From: an uncultured Thermoleophilia bacterium
Lineage (GTDB): Bacteria; Actinomycetota; Thermoleophilia; Gaiellales; Gaiellaceae
Assembly (NCBI GenBank): GCA_963722065.1
Contig: CAVRMI010000007.1
Coordinates: 1,163,389 to 1,227,388 of the forward strand
Direction: 5' to 3'
DNA length: 64,000 nt
The notes under the pieces are model-generated. The model was not told where the DNA came from and ran no database searches. It was given only the letters and a program-made list of their open reading frames with translations. Of the stretch, positions 18,535 through 27,858 are shown piece after piece (within the stretch, counting starts at the first letter, position 1; the number at the start of each line of letters is the position of its first letter). The translations under genes and the position numbers were made by a program.

Positions 18535-19800
18535 TCAGTTCTTCTCGAAGAAGTGGCGCAGGTCCCACTGGGCTACGTCGGTGCCGAGCTTGAAGCCGAC
18601 TTCGCCCGAGGTGCGGAAGTGAAAGCCCACGAACACGCGGGCGTCGATGATGTCGCGCTTGAAGTCGTCGATTTGACGGTAATGCCGAGTCGTTCCAGTG
18701 ACGGTGCTCGAGACGTCCAGGTTGATCGCGTCACTGCCGGCAATCTTCGACAGCGCCACCGAGAGCGCTCCGGCGAGGCAAGTGTGTGCCGACGGATACT
18801 CCGGAAAGTTCGGCGTCGGTCGGAGCGGCAGCCAGTTCGGGTCGGCCGTCGTGCGATCGTTGCCGTCCGTGCTGCCGGCCGGGATTGCCGTTACCGGCCG
18901 CCAGAACGCGTACGTGTCTTTCGCATCGAAGCACGCGATCAGAGCATCGGCCATTGTCGTGTCGGCCATCGCGAGCGCCCGAGCGGCATCTCGCAGGTTC
19001 AGGCTGTGGGCGGAGACGAAGCCGCGGAGCGCCCGGTTGTACAGCTGGGCCGCGTTTTCGGTCCAGAAGAGCGCCGTCTCCGTCTGCTGCGTTGTCCGGA
19101 GCGACCCGTTGAGGGCGCCGTAGAGCCGCGTCTCGTTGTAATCGCGCGCGTACTGGTGGCTGTCGATCGCCGGCGGCGGGCCTGGCCGGAACTGTGAGGC
19201 GCTGTTGAGCAGCAGCGGCTTCATCGCGCCCAGCCAGGGAGTGAGGACCGGGAGGAACGCGGGTGGCGTCGGCTGCCAGACGCCGGGTCCGGGCGTGTGG
19301 ACGAACGGCACGTTGGCGTCGCGTCCGTCGTCGATGCGGGCTGCGAGCAGTCCGGCGGCGACCTGCTGTCCGACGAGGACGCCCCTATCTTTCGGTGTCC
19401 CGTCGGGGATGCCGGCGAGCGAGGTCGCGTAGGCCGCGTCGAGGGCGGGCTTCTGAGCCGGGAAATAGCCGACGAGGACGCCGTACGCTGCAGCGACGGC
19501 TGCCGCCTCGTCGGACGACCCCGGCGGAACGCCCGGGACGATCAGGTAGGGATGGAAGCCGCCGTCGACCGCGATCACGGCGTCGTAGACCGCCGCCTGC
19601 GTCAGACCGACGTAGAGGCCCGATTCGGGCTGAGATTTTCCCGCGGCGATCGTCGTCGCCACCGCGGTCGCATTCCAATCCAGCGCGACCTGCGGACTCG
19701 CTGCGACTCCTACAGCCCGCTGGTGCGACGCGGTGGAGACGGCCGCAAAGAGCGCGATCACGAGGAACAGAGCTCCAAGTACAACAGAGAACCGGCGCAT
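18535..19800 (-). CDS. Secreted PAP2-superfamily protein, vanadium-dependent haloperoxidase-like
   Basis: Signal peptide MRRFSVVLGALFLVIALFAAV. PAP2/V-HPO motifs KDTYAFWRP (K-x6-RP), PEYPSAHT and VGFHFRTS. Confidence 0.75.
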   Translation of the reverse strand: MRRFSVVLGALFLVIALFAAVSTASHQRAVGVAASPQVALDWNATAVATTIAAGKSQPESGLYVGLTQAAVYDAVIAVDGGFHPYLIVPGVPPGSSDEAAAVAAAYGVLVGYFPAQKPALDAAYATSLAGIPDGTPKDRGVLVGQQVAAGLLAARIDDGRDANVPFVHTPGPGVWQPTPPAFLPVLTPWLGAMKPLLLNSASQFRPGPPPAIDSHQYARDYNETRLYGALNGSLRTTQQTETALFWTENAAQLYNRALRGFVSAHSLNLRDAARALAMADTTMADALIACFDAKDTYAFWRPVTAIPAGSTDGNDRTTADPNWLPLRPTPNFPEYPSAHTCLAGALSVALSKIAGSDAINLDVSSTVTGTTRHYRQIDDFKRDIIDARVFVGFHFRTSGEVGFKLGTDVAQWDLRHFFEKN

Positions 19801-19906
19801 GTTTCATAGCCTCCTTCGGTTGGCCGCTCAACTCGTGCGGCGGCGTCTTGAGGTCGAGGCTATGAAGCGACCAGCGGGTTGAGATCAGTAGTGATACGGA
19901 GCCGAG

Positions 19907-22795
19907 TTACTGGTTCAATGCGAGCTCCGACGCGCGACGAGTCAGTTCAACCTTCGAGCGGACGCCGAGCTTCGCGTAGACACTTGCCAGATGGGTTTCA
20001 ACGGTCCGCGGGCTGATGAAGAGCCGCTCGCCGATCTCCCGTGCGGTGAGACCGTCGACGGCCAACCGCGCGACTTGTCGTTCGCGGGCGCTGAGATCGT
20101 CGCCAGGGACGGCCGCGGTCCTGCGGGGACGGCCTTCGACAGACCGTTCGAACTCCCGTGCGCGCTCGAGCCGCCACATCGCGCCAGACGCCCGGAACTC
20201 CGACCTGGCCCGCTCGAATGCCTTGCGAGCGGAGTCAACGTCAGTGGTGGCGAGCGATCTTCCGAGCAGATCGAGGGCACGACCGTGAAAGCCGCGGCAC
20301 CCGGACGAGTGAAGAAGTTCAACAGCTCGCCGCGCACGATCGGCGGCCTCGTCGGTTGAACCTGCGGCGAGCGCCGACCATCCCGAAGCGATCGCCGCCA
20401 ACGCGTGATACAGATCGCGATCGATCTCGTGGGCGATCGTCTGCAGCCGACGAGAAGCAGCCGTAGCGACCGGGGAATCGTCGAGCTCAGCCGCGACCGC
20501 TGCAAGGTCGACGAGCACAAGAGCGGCAAACGGTGTCGCGCCGGCAGCAAGGCAGGCCTCGGCAACATCCGCCAGCCTTGCGAGCGCATCCGACGCCCTC
20601 CGTTCGTACCAGTCGAGCAGGGCTTCCGCGTGGGCGGCCGTGAATCCGGCGCAGAGGAAGTCGACCCTACCGAGGGTCGCCCGAACTCGACGCAAGTGGT
20701 CACGGGCCTGAACGGGTTCACCCGCCTCGACAGCCGCAAGCGCGGCAAATGTGACCCCGAGAGCGCGGCGCTTGCTGAGCTCCCCGACGAGCTGGGCGGC
20801 AGCAGCTTGCGAGCTCGTGAGCGCCGCACGAACGTCGCCCGCGAACCACTGAACGATCGCCTCCCACTCGGGTAGGAGGGTCTCGCGCCACTCGGGAGCC
20901 TCCTTGGCCTGCTCGACGAGATCGGCGGCCTCCTCGGGGCGTCCCTCGAATGCGAGTGAGCAGGCAAGGAGCGCGCGGCTTGTCGTCAGTCTGTACGTCT
21001 TTGCTTCCTCGGTGGCGATCGCGATGCTCCGCCGGTGATGTTCCTCCGCCTCTGCGAAGCGGCCCCGGAAAAACGACGCCTGAGCCAGCACCGTCAGTGC
21101 TTGAATCGTCGCGAAGCGATCACCTGCCGCTTCCGCCGAGACGAGGACGCGCTCCGCAACGGTCTGCATAGCCGGGTACTCGTTCCGCAGGCCGTGGATC
21201 CACGCCAACTCGTTCTCGGCAAGCAGCGCCCCAGACCGGACACCGGCGTCGTCGAAGAGCGATCTCGCTTCCTCACAGGCGCGTTCGGCGGCGTCGAAAT
21301 CCGCCACCCCCCAGGCAAGGAAGTTGGCGAGACGGAACTTCACCATCGCGCGAACGGCTGGATCGACCGAGCCCGAGAGGACATCCTCGATCGCCCGCAT
21401 GGCCTGGATCCCCAGCCGCGCGTTCGAGTCTGCTCGATGGTCTACCACCCACTCCGCCTGCCATGACAACGCCTCGAGGACGTCGAGCCAGCGCTCGTCG
21501 CCGGCCGGGACGAGCTCGACCAAGGTGTCGAGGATCATGAGCGCCTCGTGGTAGGCGCCACGTTCCTCAGCTTGCCGAACGGCGTCGCAGAGCGTTCGAA
21601 TGGCCTCGTCGTCTCCGACTTCGGCGGAGCGGGCGAAGTGAGGAGCCGCCTCGCCGAGCCGAGCTGCAGCCACCAGTGCTCGACCCGCGAGACGATGCAG
21701 GGCCCGTCGCCGGACCTCGCTGATTCGCTGGTAGATCGCCTCCTGAAGCAGTGGGTGGGCTAGTTCGTAGCTCAAGTCCCGGCCGTGCTGCGCCTCGGTC
21801 ACGAACTGAGAGCGGACCAGCCGCTCGAGCACCGCGGTGAGCCGGTCCGAAGAGAGGCTGGTGACCGCGGCGAGCTCGCGCGTCTCGACACTGCGGCTGA
21901 TGATGGCGAGCGACTGAAGCGTTGCCAAGGCGGGTTCGTCGAGCGCTCGCAACCGTGTCTCGACGCGCTCCGCCAGGTCCTCCGGCAGCCGTCGTAGCAT
22001 GGGCGCCGCCAGATCGGCCCCCTCGTCCAAGAGCGCGTCGAGCAGTCCGAGGGAAAAGAGCGCGTTGCCGCGAGAGCGCTCCTCCAGCCATGCAACGAGC
22101 TCGGGGGGTGGTCTCTCACCGAGCCTCCCCGCAGCGAGATCACCGAGCGCATCGACGTCGAGGACATCGAGCCGAAGCCTCCGCAGCACTGCCTCCTGCT
22201 CCAGACCGTGAACGGCCAGCATCGCTTCGGCGTTATCTGCGAGCTCGGTTGGCCGAGCAGCCACCAGCACGAGCACGCGCGACTGCGGGAGCGCCCCGGC
22301 GAGATAGCCGAGCGCGCCCCACGAGGACGCGTCGGCGACATGGGCGTCGTCCAGAAACGCGATGACCGGAGCCTTCGCTGCGAGGTTGGACAGTGCGGCG
22401 GCAAGGCCCTGAAGCAGCCGCACACGTGGAGGCTCACGTTCTGGAGCCGAGCCACGGACGGCGGCGACGCTGTGCAACAACGCTGCCAGATCGTCGAGAT
22501 ACCCACTACACAACCGGGTTACGTCTTCCGCAGGCAGTCCACGGAAGTGGTACTCGAACGCCTCAGACCAGACTCCGAACGATGCGGAAGCACCAAGCGG
22601 GAAAGCCCGCGCAGAGAGTCCGATCGTTTTCCGTCGGTTGCGCGCCAAGAACTCGCGCGCGATACGCGTCTTGCCGACTCCCGGATCAGCGAGGAGGAGG
22701 ACCACTCGGAACTCGCCCGCCGCCGCCAGCAGACGCTCACGCTCCAGCTCAGCTAGCTCGGCCGCCCTGCCGACCAGCCTTGTCTCCCGCGGCAT
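19907..22795 (-). CDS. LAL/MalT-like LuxR-family regulator (AAA ATPase + TPR-like + LuxR HTH)
   Basis: P-loop LLADPGVGKTRIA and C-terminal LSARERQVARLAVDGLTAREIGERLFISPRTVETHLASVYAKLGV. Start set at ATG 22795. Confidence 0.9.
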   Translation of the reverse strand: MPRETRLVGRAAELAELERERLLAAAGEFRVVLLLADPGVGKTRIAREFLARNRRKTIGLSARAFPLGASASFGVWSEAFEYHFRGLPAEDVTRLCSGYLDDLAALLHSVAAVRGSAPEREPPRVRLLQGLAAALSNLAAKAPVIAFLDDAHVADASSWGALGYLAGALPQSRVLVLVAARPTELADNAEAMLAVHGLEQEAVLRRLRLDVLDVDALGDLAAGRLGERPPPELVAWLEERSRGNALFSLGLLDALLDEGADLAAPMLRRLPEDLAERVETRLRALDEPALATLQSLAIISRSVETRELAAVTSLSSDRLTAVLERLVRSQFVTEAQHGRDLSYELAHPLLQEAIYQRISEVRRRALHRLAGRALVAAARLGEAAPHFARSAEVGDDEAIRTLCDAVRQAEERGAYHEALMILDTLVELVPAGDERWLDVLEALSWQAEWVVDHRADSNARLGIQAMRAIEDVLSGSVDPAVRAMVKFRLANFLAWGVADFDAAERACEEARSLFDDAGVRSGALLAENELAWIHGLRNEYPAMQTVAERVLVSAEAAGDRFATIQALTVLAQASFFRGRFAEAEEHHRRSIAIATEEAKTYRLTTSRALLACSLAFEGRPEEAADLVEQAKEAPEWRETLLPEWEAIVQWFAGDVRAALTSSQAAAAQLVGELSKRRALGVTFAALAAVEAGEPVQARDHLRRVRATLGRVDFLCAGFTAAHAEALLDWYERRASDALARLADVAEACLAAGATPFAALVLVDLAAVAAELDDSPVATAASRRLQTIAHEIDRDLYHALAAIASGWSALAAGSTDEAADRARRAVELLHSSGCRGFHGRALDLLGRSLATTDVDSARKAFERARSEFRASGAMWRLERAREFERSVEGRPRRTAAVPGDDLSARERQVARLAVDGLTAREIGERLFISPRTVETHLASVYAKLGVRSKVELTRRASELALNQ

Positions 22796-22944
22796 CACTC
22801 GATTATGACCCTCGCCCACTCCTACTCAGGGCTGACCTTTGAGCGCGGAGTTCCGGTCACGGGCCTTTCACGGACATTTCGACCGACGCAAACCGGCGTC
22901 ACGCTGGCTGAGCCGGGATCGCTGGAGGATCTTCGGGCATAACA

Positions 22945-23020
22945 CCAGGAGGTCGCTCCGTCTCCGTCACCCGAGGCCGACTCCGATGTGCCTATGGGCT
23001 GGTCGCAGCCCAGGAGGCCG
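22945..23020 (+). repeat. Two CCAGGAGG(T/C)CG motif copies (22945, 23010)
   Basis: The first carries the CATAAC prefix also seen at 9307, 26334, 27645 and 31589. Confidence 0.8.
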
Positions 23021-23100
23021 TCGCGGCGCGAGTGACGTCGAAAGCACCTCTTCGCGACGATCTGGATTCCGTGATCGGGAGCGCGAAATGTCGGAGTGCT

Positions 23101-24246
23101 CTAGGCGCAACTTGCCCGACGGCGCGCGGCTTCGATTCGCTCGGCAGGGGTAGGGTGGCTGAAGAACGCGAGGTAGATCGGCCGGGGCGGGTCGAGATCG
23201 GCGAGGTTCGCATTCGCCAGCGAGCGGTGGGTCGCCTCGAACGTGGCGACGTCGTCAGTCAGTTCGAGCGAGAAGCGGTCAGCCTCACGTTCCCAGTTCC
23301 TCGAGAGCGCGGCGCCGAGCAGCGCCCCGGGGATCTGCACGATCGCGGCGAGCAGCAGGACGAACGGTACGACGCGAGGATCGCTAGCGCCGCCGGGTGC
23401 CCCGATCAAGGTGCGGAGGGCCGGCGAGAGCAGAAGCGCCCAGAGAAGGACGACGAAGCCCGCGAGGCCGGCCATCCCGAGCAGCGTGCCCTTGACCAGG
23501 TGATGGGCACGTCGGTGCCCGAGCTCGTGCGCGAGGACAAGCCCAATCTCCAGCCGGTTGGCGCGCGTCAGCAACGTGTCGTAGAGAACAAGGCGGCGCG
23601 TGCGCCCGAGCCCCGATACGTAGGCGTTGGCCTTGCGAGTTCGCCGGCTTGCATCCGCGACGAGCACCTCCTTGATCGGAGTCTGCGCCCTCGCGGCAAG
23701 CTCCAGCAGTTCGGCGCTCAGTTCAGAGTCGTCAAGCGGAAGGAAGCGGTTGAAAAGAGGCTCGACGAGGAGCGGGGCAAGGAAGCCGAGGGCCAGCACC
23801 ATCGCCGCCGCAGCAGCGGCCGCAACCAAAGGCCAGGAATGAGGTAGAAGCCGCGCCGATCCAACCAGTCCGAGGAAAGCAATGCACGACAGCACGAGGC
23901 CCAGCACGAGCGACTTCGCCCGGTCGGCGGCGAAACCCGTGAGGTTCTGTGTCGAAAACCCCCAGCTGCGCTCGTGCACGAAGCCCGTCCAGAACGAGAT
24001 CGGCAGGCCGACTGCGGTCGTCAAGACCTCGATCAGTGCCGTGAACCCGAGAACCTGCGCCCACCAGGGCCATCCCCGCACCGGCTCGAAGAGCCAGTCA
24101 CCGAGTCGGCCGAAGACGATCAGAGCGAGGACCAGCAGTCCGAGGACGAGCTGCGCTGCCGCAGCCGCATACAGCGGCCGGTGGTAACGCCATGCCCGAG
24201 CGACCTGATCTTCGCCGAACAGGCCAACTGCATCCGCTCTCACCAT
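23101..24246 (-). CDS. M48-family (Ste24/HtpX-like) zinc metalloprotease, membrane
   Basis: HELGH motif (LAHELGHRRAHH), multiple TM segments, and C-terminal SHPTPAERI. Confidence 0.85.
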   Translation of the reverse strand: MVRADAVGLFGEDQVARAWRYHRPLYAAAAAQLVLGLLVLALIVFGRLGDWLFEPVRGWPWWAQVLGFTALIEVLTTAVGLPISFWTGFVHERSWGFSTQNLTGFAADRAKSLVLGLVLSCIAFLGLVGSARLLPHSWPLVAAAAAAAMVLALGFLAPLLVEPLFNRFLPLDDSELSAELLELAARAQTPIKEVLVADASRRTRKANAYVSGLGRTRRLVLYDTLLTRANRLEIGLVLAHELGHRRAHHLVKGTLLGMAGLAGFVVLLWALLLSPALRTLIGAPGGASDPRVVPFVLLLAAIVQIPGALLGAALSRNWEREADRFSLELTDDVATFEATHRSLANANLADLDPPRPIYLAFFSHPTPAERIEAARRRASCA

Positions 24247-24638
24247 TCTGGAAATGAATAGCGCTAGCGCAGCCCGTGCGGACGGTGTCGAGCTCGACTG
24301 CTGCGTCGAGCTCGGCGTGAGCCCGGGACCGCCGCCTAGCCGACTTCGGTGGGTCCACCCGGAGGCCGCTTGAGAGGGTGTCCCGGGCAGGACACCAGGA
24401 GGCCGACCAGCGTTTCGGGTGCTCGTGGGTCGACTGTGACCGTGCCGGCTGCCAGAGCACGCGCCGGCATTTCACGACGCGTGAGGTGGTCGTGGAGGCA
24501 ATTTTCGAGGTCGACACGGCGGTCCGTGAGTGGGCTTCGCGCGCGGAGAGCCAGCGCGGATGCGAACATGAGGTTGTGGGGGTACCGCCACCGAGCGGAG
24601 AGCCTCGTTTGGCGGGACGCTCCGGTCGCCCGAGGTGG

Positions 24639-25613
24639 ATGCGCGACGCGGGACGTGGGCTGCTGCTACTCGTCACGGGTGTCTCGCTCTACCTGCTGCT
24701 TCCGAGCCTTCTCGCCGTCTTCTCCTCGTGGCATTCGCTCGCGCATCTCAACTGGTACTGGGCGGAGCTCGCACTGCTGGCCGAGATCACGAGCTTCGTC
24801 TCGCTCTGGAGGCTCGACCAGGTCGCGTTACGGACCACAAACTGGTTCGCGGTCGCGTGCGCGCAGCTGAGCGGAAATGCGTTCGGCCGGATCGTGCCCG
24901 GCGGAGGCGCCACAGCCAGCGTGTTCGCAGTCGGCATGCTCCGCCGCGCCGGCATCGAGGTCGGACGGGCGGCGGCAGCACTTGCCGCGTCAACCGCGCT
25001 CCAGATCGCCATGACGCTCGCGCTGCCACTGCTCGCGCTACCTGCGATAGTCAGTGGGGCCCCCGTCAACCCGAGCCTGGTCGCTTACGCCTACCTCGGC
25101 ATTGCCGCTCTGCTGCTACTGCTCGCGGCTGCAGGCCTCGGCTTCGCGGCTGACCGGCCGCTCGCACTCCTAGGCCGCGGGATCCAGTGGACCGTGAACC
25201 GGACCGTTCGCCGCCGCAGGAAGGTCGCCGCGCTGCCGCAGAGGCTACTCGTCGAGCGGGACTTCATCCGCACGACGATCGGCGAGCGCTGGGCGGCCGC
25301 AATCTTCTCCGCAGCGGGGAACATCGGCTTCGACTACATCGCGCTGCTCTGTGCGGTCCGGGCAGTCGGCGCTCAGCCACGACCTTCGCTCGTCCTGCTC
25401 GCCTACACCGCCGCGGTGCTGCTCGCTTTGATCCCGCTCACGCCGGGCGGGCTCGGCTTCGTCGAGGCAGGACTCGTCGGCACGCTCACCCTCGCAGGCG
25501 TCAACCCAGGCGACGCCCTCGTCGCGACACTCGTCTACCGACTCGTCTCCTTCTGGCTCCCGATCCCGGTCGGCGGGGTCGCCTACGCCCTCTTCCGACG
25601 CCGCTACCCGTAA
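24639..25613 (+). CDS. Lysylphosphatidylglycerol-synthase-TM-region (UPF0104, flippase-like) membrane protein
   Basis: Polytopic protein with SGNAFGRIVPGGGATASVFAVGMLRRAGI and LTPGGLGFVEAGLVG. ATG 24639 follows GAGGTGG. Confidence 0.75.
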   Translation: MRDAGRGLLLLVTGVSLYLLLPSLLAVFSSWHSLAHLNWYWAELALLAEITSFVSLWRLDQVALRTTNWFAVACAQLSGNAFGRIVPGGGATASVFAVGMLRRAGIEVGRAAAALAASTALQIAMTLALPLLALPAIVSGAPVNPSLVAYAYLGIAALLLLLAAAGLGFAADRPLALLGRGIQWTVNRTVRRRRKVAALPQRLLVERDFIRTTIGERWAAAIFSAAGNIGFDYIALLCAVRAVGAQPRPSLVLLAYTAAVLLALIPLTPGGLGFVEAGLVGTLTLAGVNPGDALVATLVYRLVSFWLPIPVGGVAYALFRRRYP

Positions 25614-25785
25614 TAACGAAGCGACGTCAACCAGCTCCTCCTTTAGGGCGGATCTCCGGTCATGAACCAAAGGCCGCCGCGAGTTGACGCAACCAGGACG
25701 CGGCACGGGCGAAGTTCTCCAAACGATTCACGGGGTTAGGCTCTCGCTGCCAACGGCACGCCGCCCGGGCGAGGTTCTGTCCCCG

Positions 25786-26238
25786 TTAACGAACGTGCCA
25801 GCCGCTGCCGAGCGCGTTCATGTGCGGCCAGGTGCGGAACTTGCAGATGATCTTGTCGCCGTACTTCGCGGTCTCGGCGCCAGGATCGGGCCAGGAGGCC
25901 GCCCAGCCCTCGGTTTTGGCCATTGGGCGACCGGTGAGCCGCTGAAAGTCTGACAAGCAGATCGACCTGGCGATTGCGTTCGCGCTGCTGTTGGACGGAG
26001 GTGAGTGATGGCCCCAACCACCGTGCCCGATGGCGTACACCTCCTGATCGTGCGCCGGATCCGAACACGGAACGACGAGCAGCGTCTTCCCGGGAGCGCC
26101 GTGTGGCGGAACAACCAGACACTGCCGCGGATGAACTGCCAGATAGAAAACATGGGTACCGACGGCATCCGCGCTTCCGGTACCGACAAGAACGATTGCG
26201 AGCACTGCAGGCAGGATCAGAGCATGAGCCCGACGCAT
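25786..26238 (-). CDS. Small secreted hypothetical protein
   Basis: Signal peptide MRRAHALILPAVLAIVLVGTGSADA. The mature part contains cysteines, and an SD-like GAAGGGA lies upstream. Confidence 0.6.
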   Translation of the reverse strand: MRRAHALILPAVLAIVLVGTGSADAVGTHVFYLAVHPRQCLVVPPHGAPGKTLLVVPCSDPAHDQEVYAIGHGGWGHHSPPSNSSANAIARSICLSDFQRLTGRPMAKTEGWAASWPDPGAETAKYGDKIICKFRTWPHMNALGSGWHVR

Positions 26239-26338
26239 CCCGATCGTCCCTTCTCCCTGCCGGCCAGCATCTCGCTCGAGACTCTCCCACGAGACCGTCC
26301 GAAATTCAACGCGAGAGTCAATCCGCTTCGTGTCATAA

Positions 26339-26409
26339 CCCAGGAAGCCGCCGCTTTTTCGGTGTGCAACCAGGAGGCTGGCTGCTTCGGGGACTCAACC
26401 AGGAGGCCA
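26339..26409 (+). repeat. Cluster of three CCAGGA(A/G)G(C)C motif copies (26339, 26368, 26399)
   Basis: CATAACCCAGGAAGCCG, AACCAGGAGGCTG and AACCAGGAGGCCA. The last is followed by an ATG 7 nt downstream. Confidence 0.85.
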
Positions 26410-26878
26410 GAAGATGCTGAGCCTACGTGGCACGCCGCCCTGCACGCCTCCATGCTGCACGTCATCAAGATTGGGTTCGTTTCGCAGAATCGATGTCTAG
26501 GTCTTGTTGTCTATATTGACAACGATCTGCGCCACGCCATGCGAATCCCTCGATCGAGGGAGGTGTTTTCGAGAAGTACCAGAACCCGCACGACTCGCAG
26601 AATCTCGCGGCCGGGCCGTTGCCGTGGCCGCGCAGATTGTCACCACATGACCCTAGACCCCCCCTCCCGCGCAACGACAACCGCCGCCTACGAGTCTCCG
26701 ATGTCAGGTTCTCCTCAAGCCGGCAGGCCGTTTTGCCGACCGGGGGTCTTACCAGAAGCATTTCAGGGCCGTGGTATCGGCCGAATGTGCCCACTTCTGG
26801 GTTTTGGAGCAATCGTTCCCCGAAGCAAGAGGCAGGGCGAGAGGCCGAGTCCGACCGAGCGGTTACCCCTAAACGGTT

Positions 26879-27574
26879 ATGGCGACCAACAAACAAATCG
26901 AAGCGAACCGGCTGAATGCCAAGAAATCGACTGGTGCTCGAACTCCAGAGGGAAAGACGCGGTCATCGATGAACGCGCTCAAACACGGCGCCCTTGCTCG
27001 GGACGTCGTTCTTCCCAACGAGAGCGAGGAAGAGTTCAGATCGTTCAATCTCGGATTGGTTCGTGAACTGCAACCCGTCGGAGAACTCGAGGAACTCCTC
27101 GTCGATCTGATCGCAGCCTACGCCTGGCGACTTCGGCGCGTCGCCCGCGTCGAGAAAGGGCTACTCGTCCGATACGTCTACGGACACGTCGCAGAAGACG
27201 CCCGCGAAGATGCGTACCACGCTTTCAACGGGCTTGGAGTGTGGGGCTCGGCCCCCCGACCGGCAGCGAAGGCACTAAGCGAGATCGATCCAGAACAAGT
27301 AACGCCGGAGGAACTCAAAGATGCGGAAGAGGCAGCAGCCCTCGAACGCGTTGACAAAGCAGAGGAAATTCGCAGCCACCCCGATGCGCTCCTTGGCCGG
27401 GCCTTCCTAACCGATGCACGGGAAACCGATGCGTTCTCGAAGCTCTCGCGCTACGAGACGCACATCCAACGTTCCCTGTCTCGAGCTCTCGGCGAACTAG
27501 AGCGCCTCCAGGCGGGCCGCAGCTGGGCCGAGACCACTGATCAAAGCTACCCAGATGCGCTTAGTCCAGGCTGA
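26879..27574 (+). CDS. Conserved hypothetical protein (basic N-terminus, helical)
   Basis: 231 aa: MATNKQIEANRLNAKKSTGARTPEGKTRSSMNALKHGALA... I recall this N-terminal pattern from uncharacterised proteins of several phyla. No function is known to me. Confidence 0.65.
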   Translation: MATNKQIEANRLNAKKSTGARTPEGKTRSSMNALKHGALARDVVLPNESEEEFRSFNLGLVRELQPVGELEELLVDLIAAYAWRLRRVARVEKGLLVRYVYGHVAEDAREDAYHAFNGLGVWGSAPRPAAKALSEIDPEQVTPEELKDAEEAAALERVDKAEEIRSHPDALLGRAFLTDARETDAFSKLSRYETHIQRSLSRALGELERLQAGRSWAETTDQSYPDALSPG

Positions 27575-27641
27575 AGCTGGCGTTTCTGCAGCCGTGCCCG
27601 GACATTGGCCGCTTCGCGATTCCCACCAGAGGCGGCTGTCT

Positions 27642-27688
27642 GGTCATAGCCCAGGAGGCCGACATGCCGGGCGTGGCACCAGGAGGCC
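27642..27688 (+). repeat. 47-nt perfect direct repeat (partner 31586-31632) containing two CCAGGAGGCC cores
   Basis: GGTCATAGCCCAGGAGGCCGACATGCCGGGCGTGGCACCAGGAGGCC is identical at both sites. Further cores follow at 27721 and 27758. Confidence 0.9.
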
Positions 27689-27858
27689 CGGCGCCCCACC
27701 GCGTTGAACCTGGCCGTCCACCCGGAGGCCGCTGGAATGGACCGCTCAGACGTAACACCAGGAGGGCGGCGCGCGGCGTTCGCGCTGACGGATTGCGTTG
27801 AGGCGTATCGCGACCCGCCCTGCTGGACTTCCAATCCCAAGCTCGACCGTTCGATCCC

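Noticed and set aside
4931-22795. Interpreting the large STAND/AAA-TPR proteins as Avs-like antiphage defence systems
   Set aside because: Their effector/output domains are wHTH-BTAD, LuxR HTH and a nucleotide cyclase. These are typical of actinobacterial regulators, and no nuclease, TIR, protease or other suicide effector domains are seen.
26465-26896. 143-aa ORF antisense to the leader of gene 26879-27574
   Set aside because: No homology or start context. The region is better described as a non-coding leader with palindromes.
27642-27768. Regularly spaced short repeats (27651-27768 and 51315-51380) considered as a CRISPR array
   Set aside because: The repeat core is only ~11 nt, spacing is irregular (about 20-35 nt) and there are only 3-4 units. 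No cas genes are present, and the same motif is dispersed singly across many intergenic regions.
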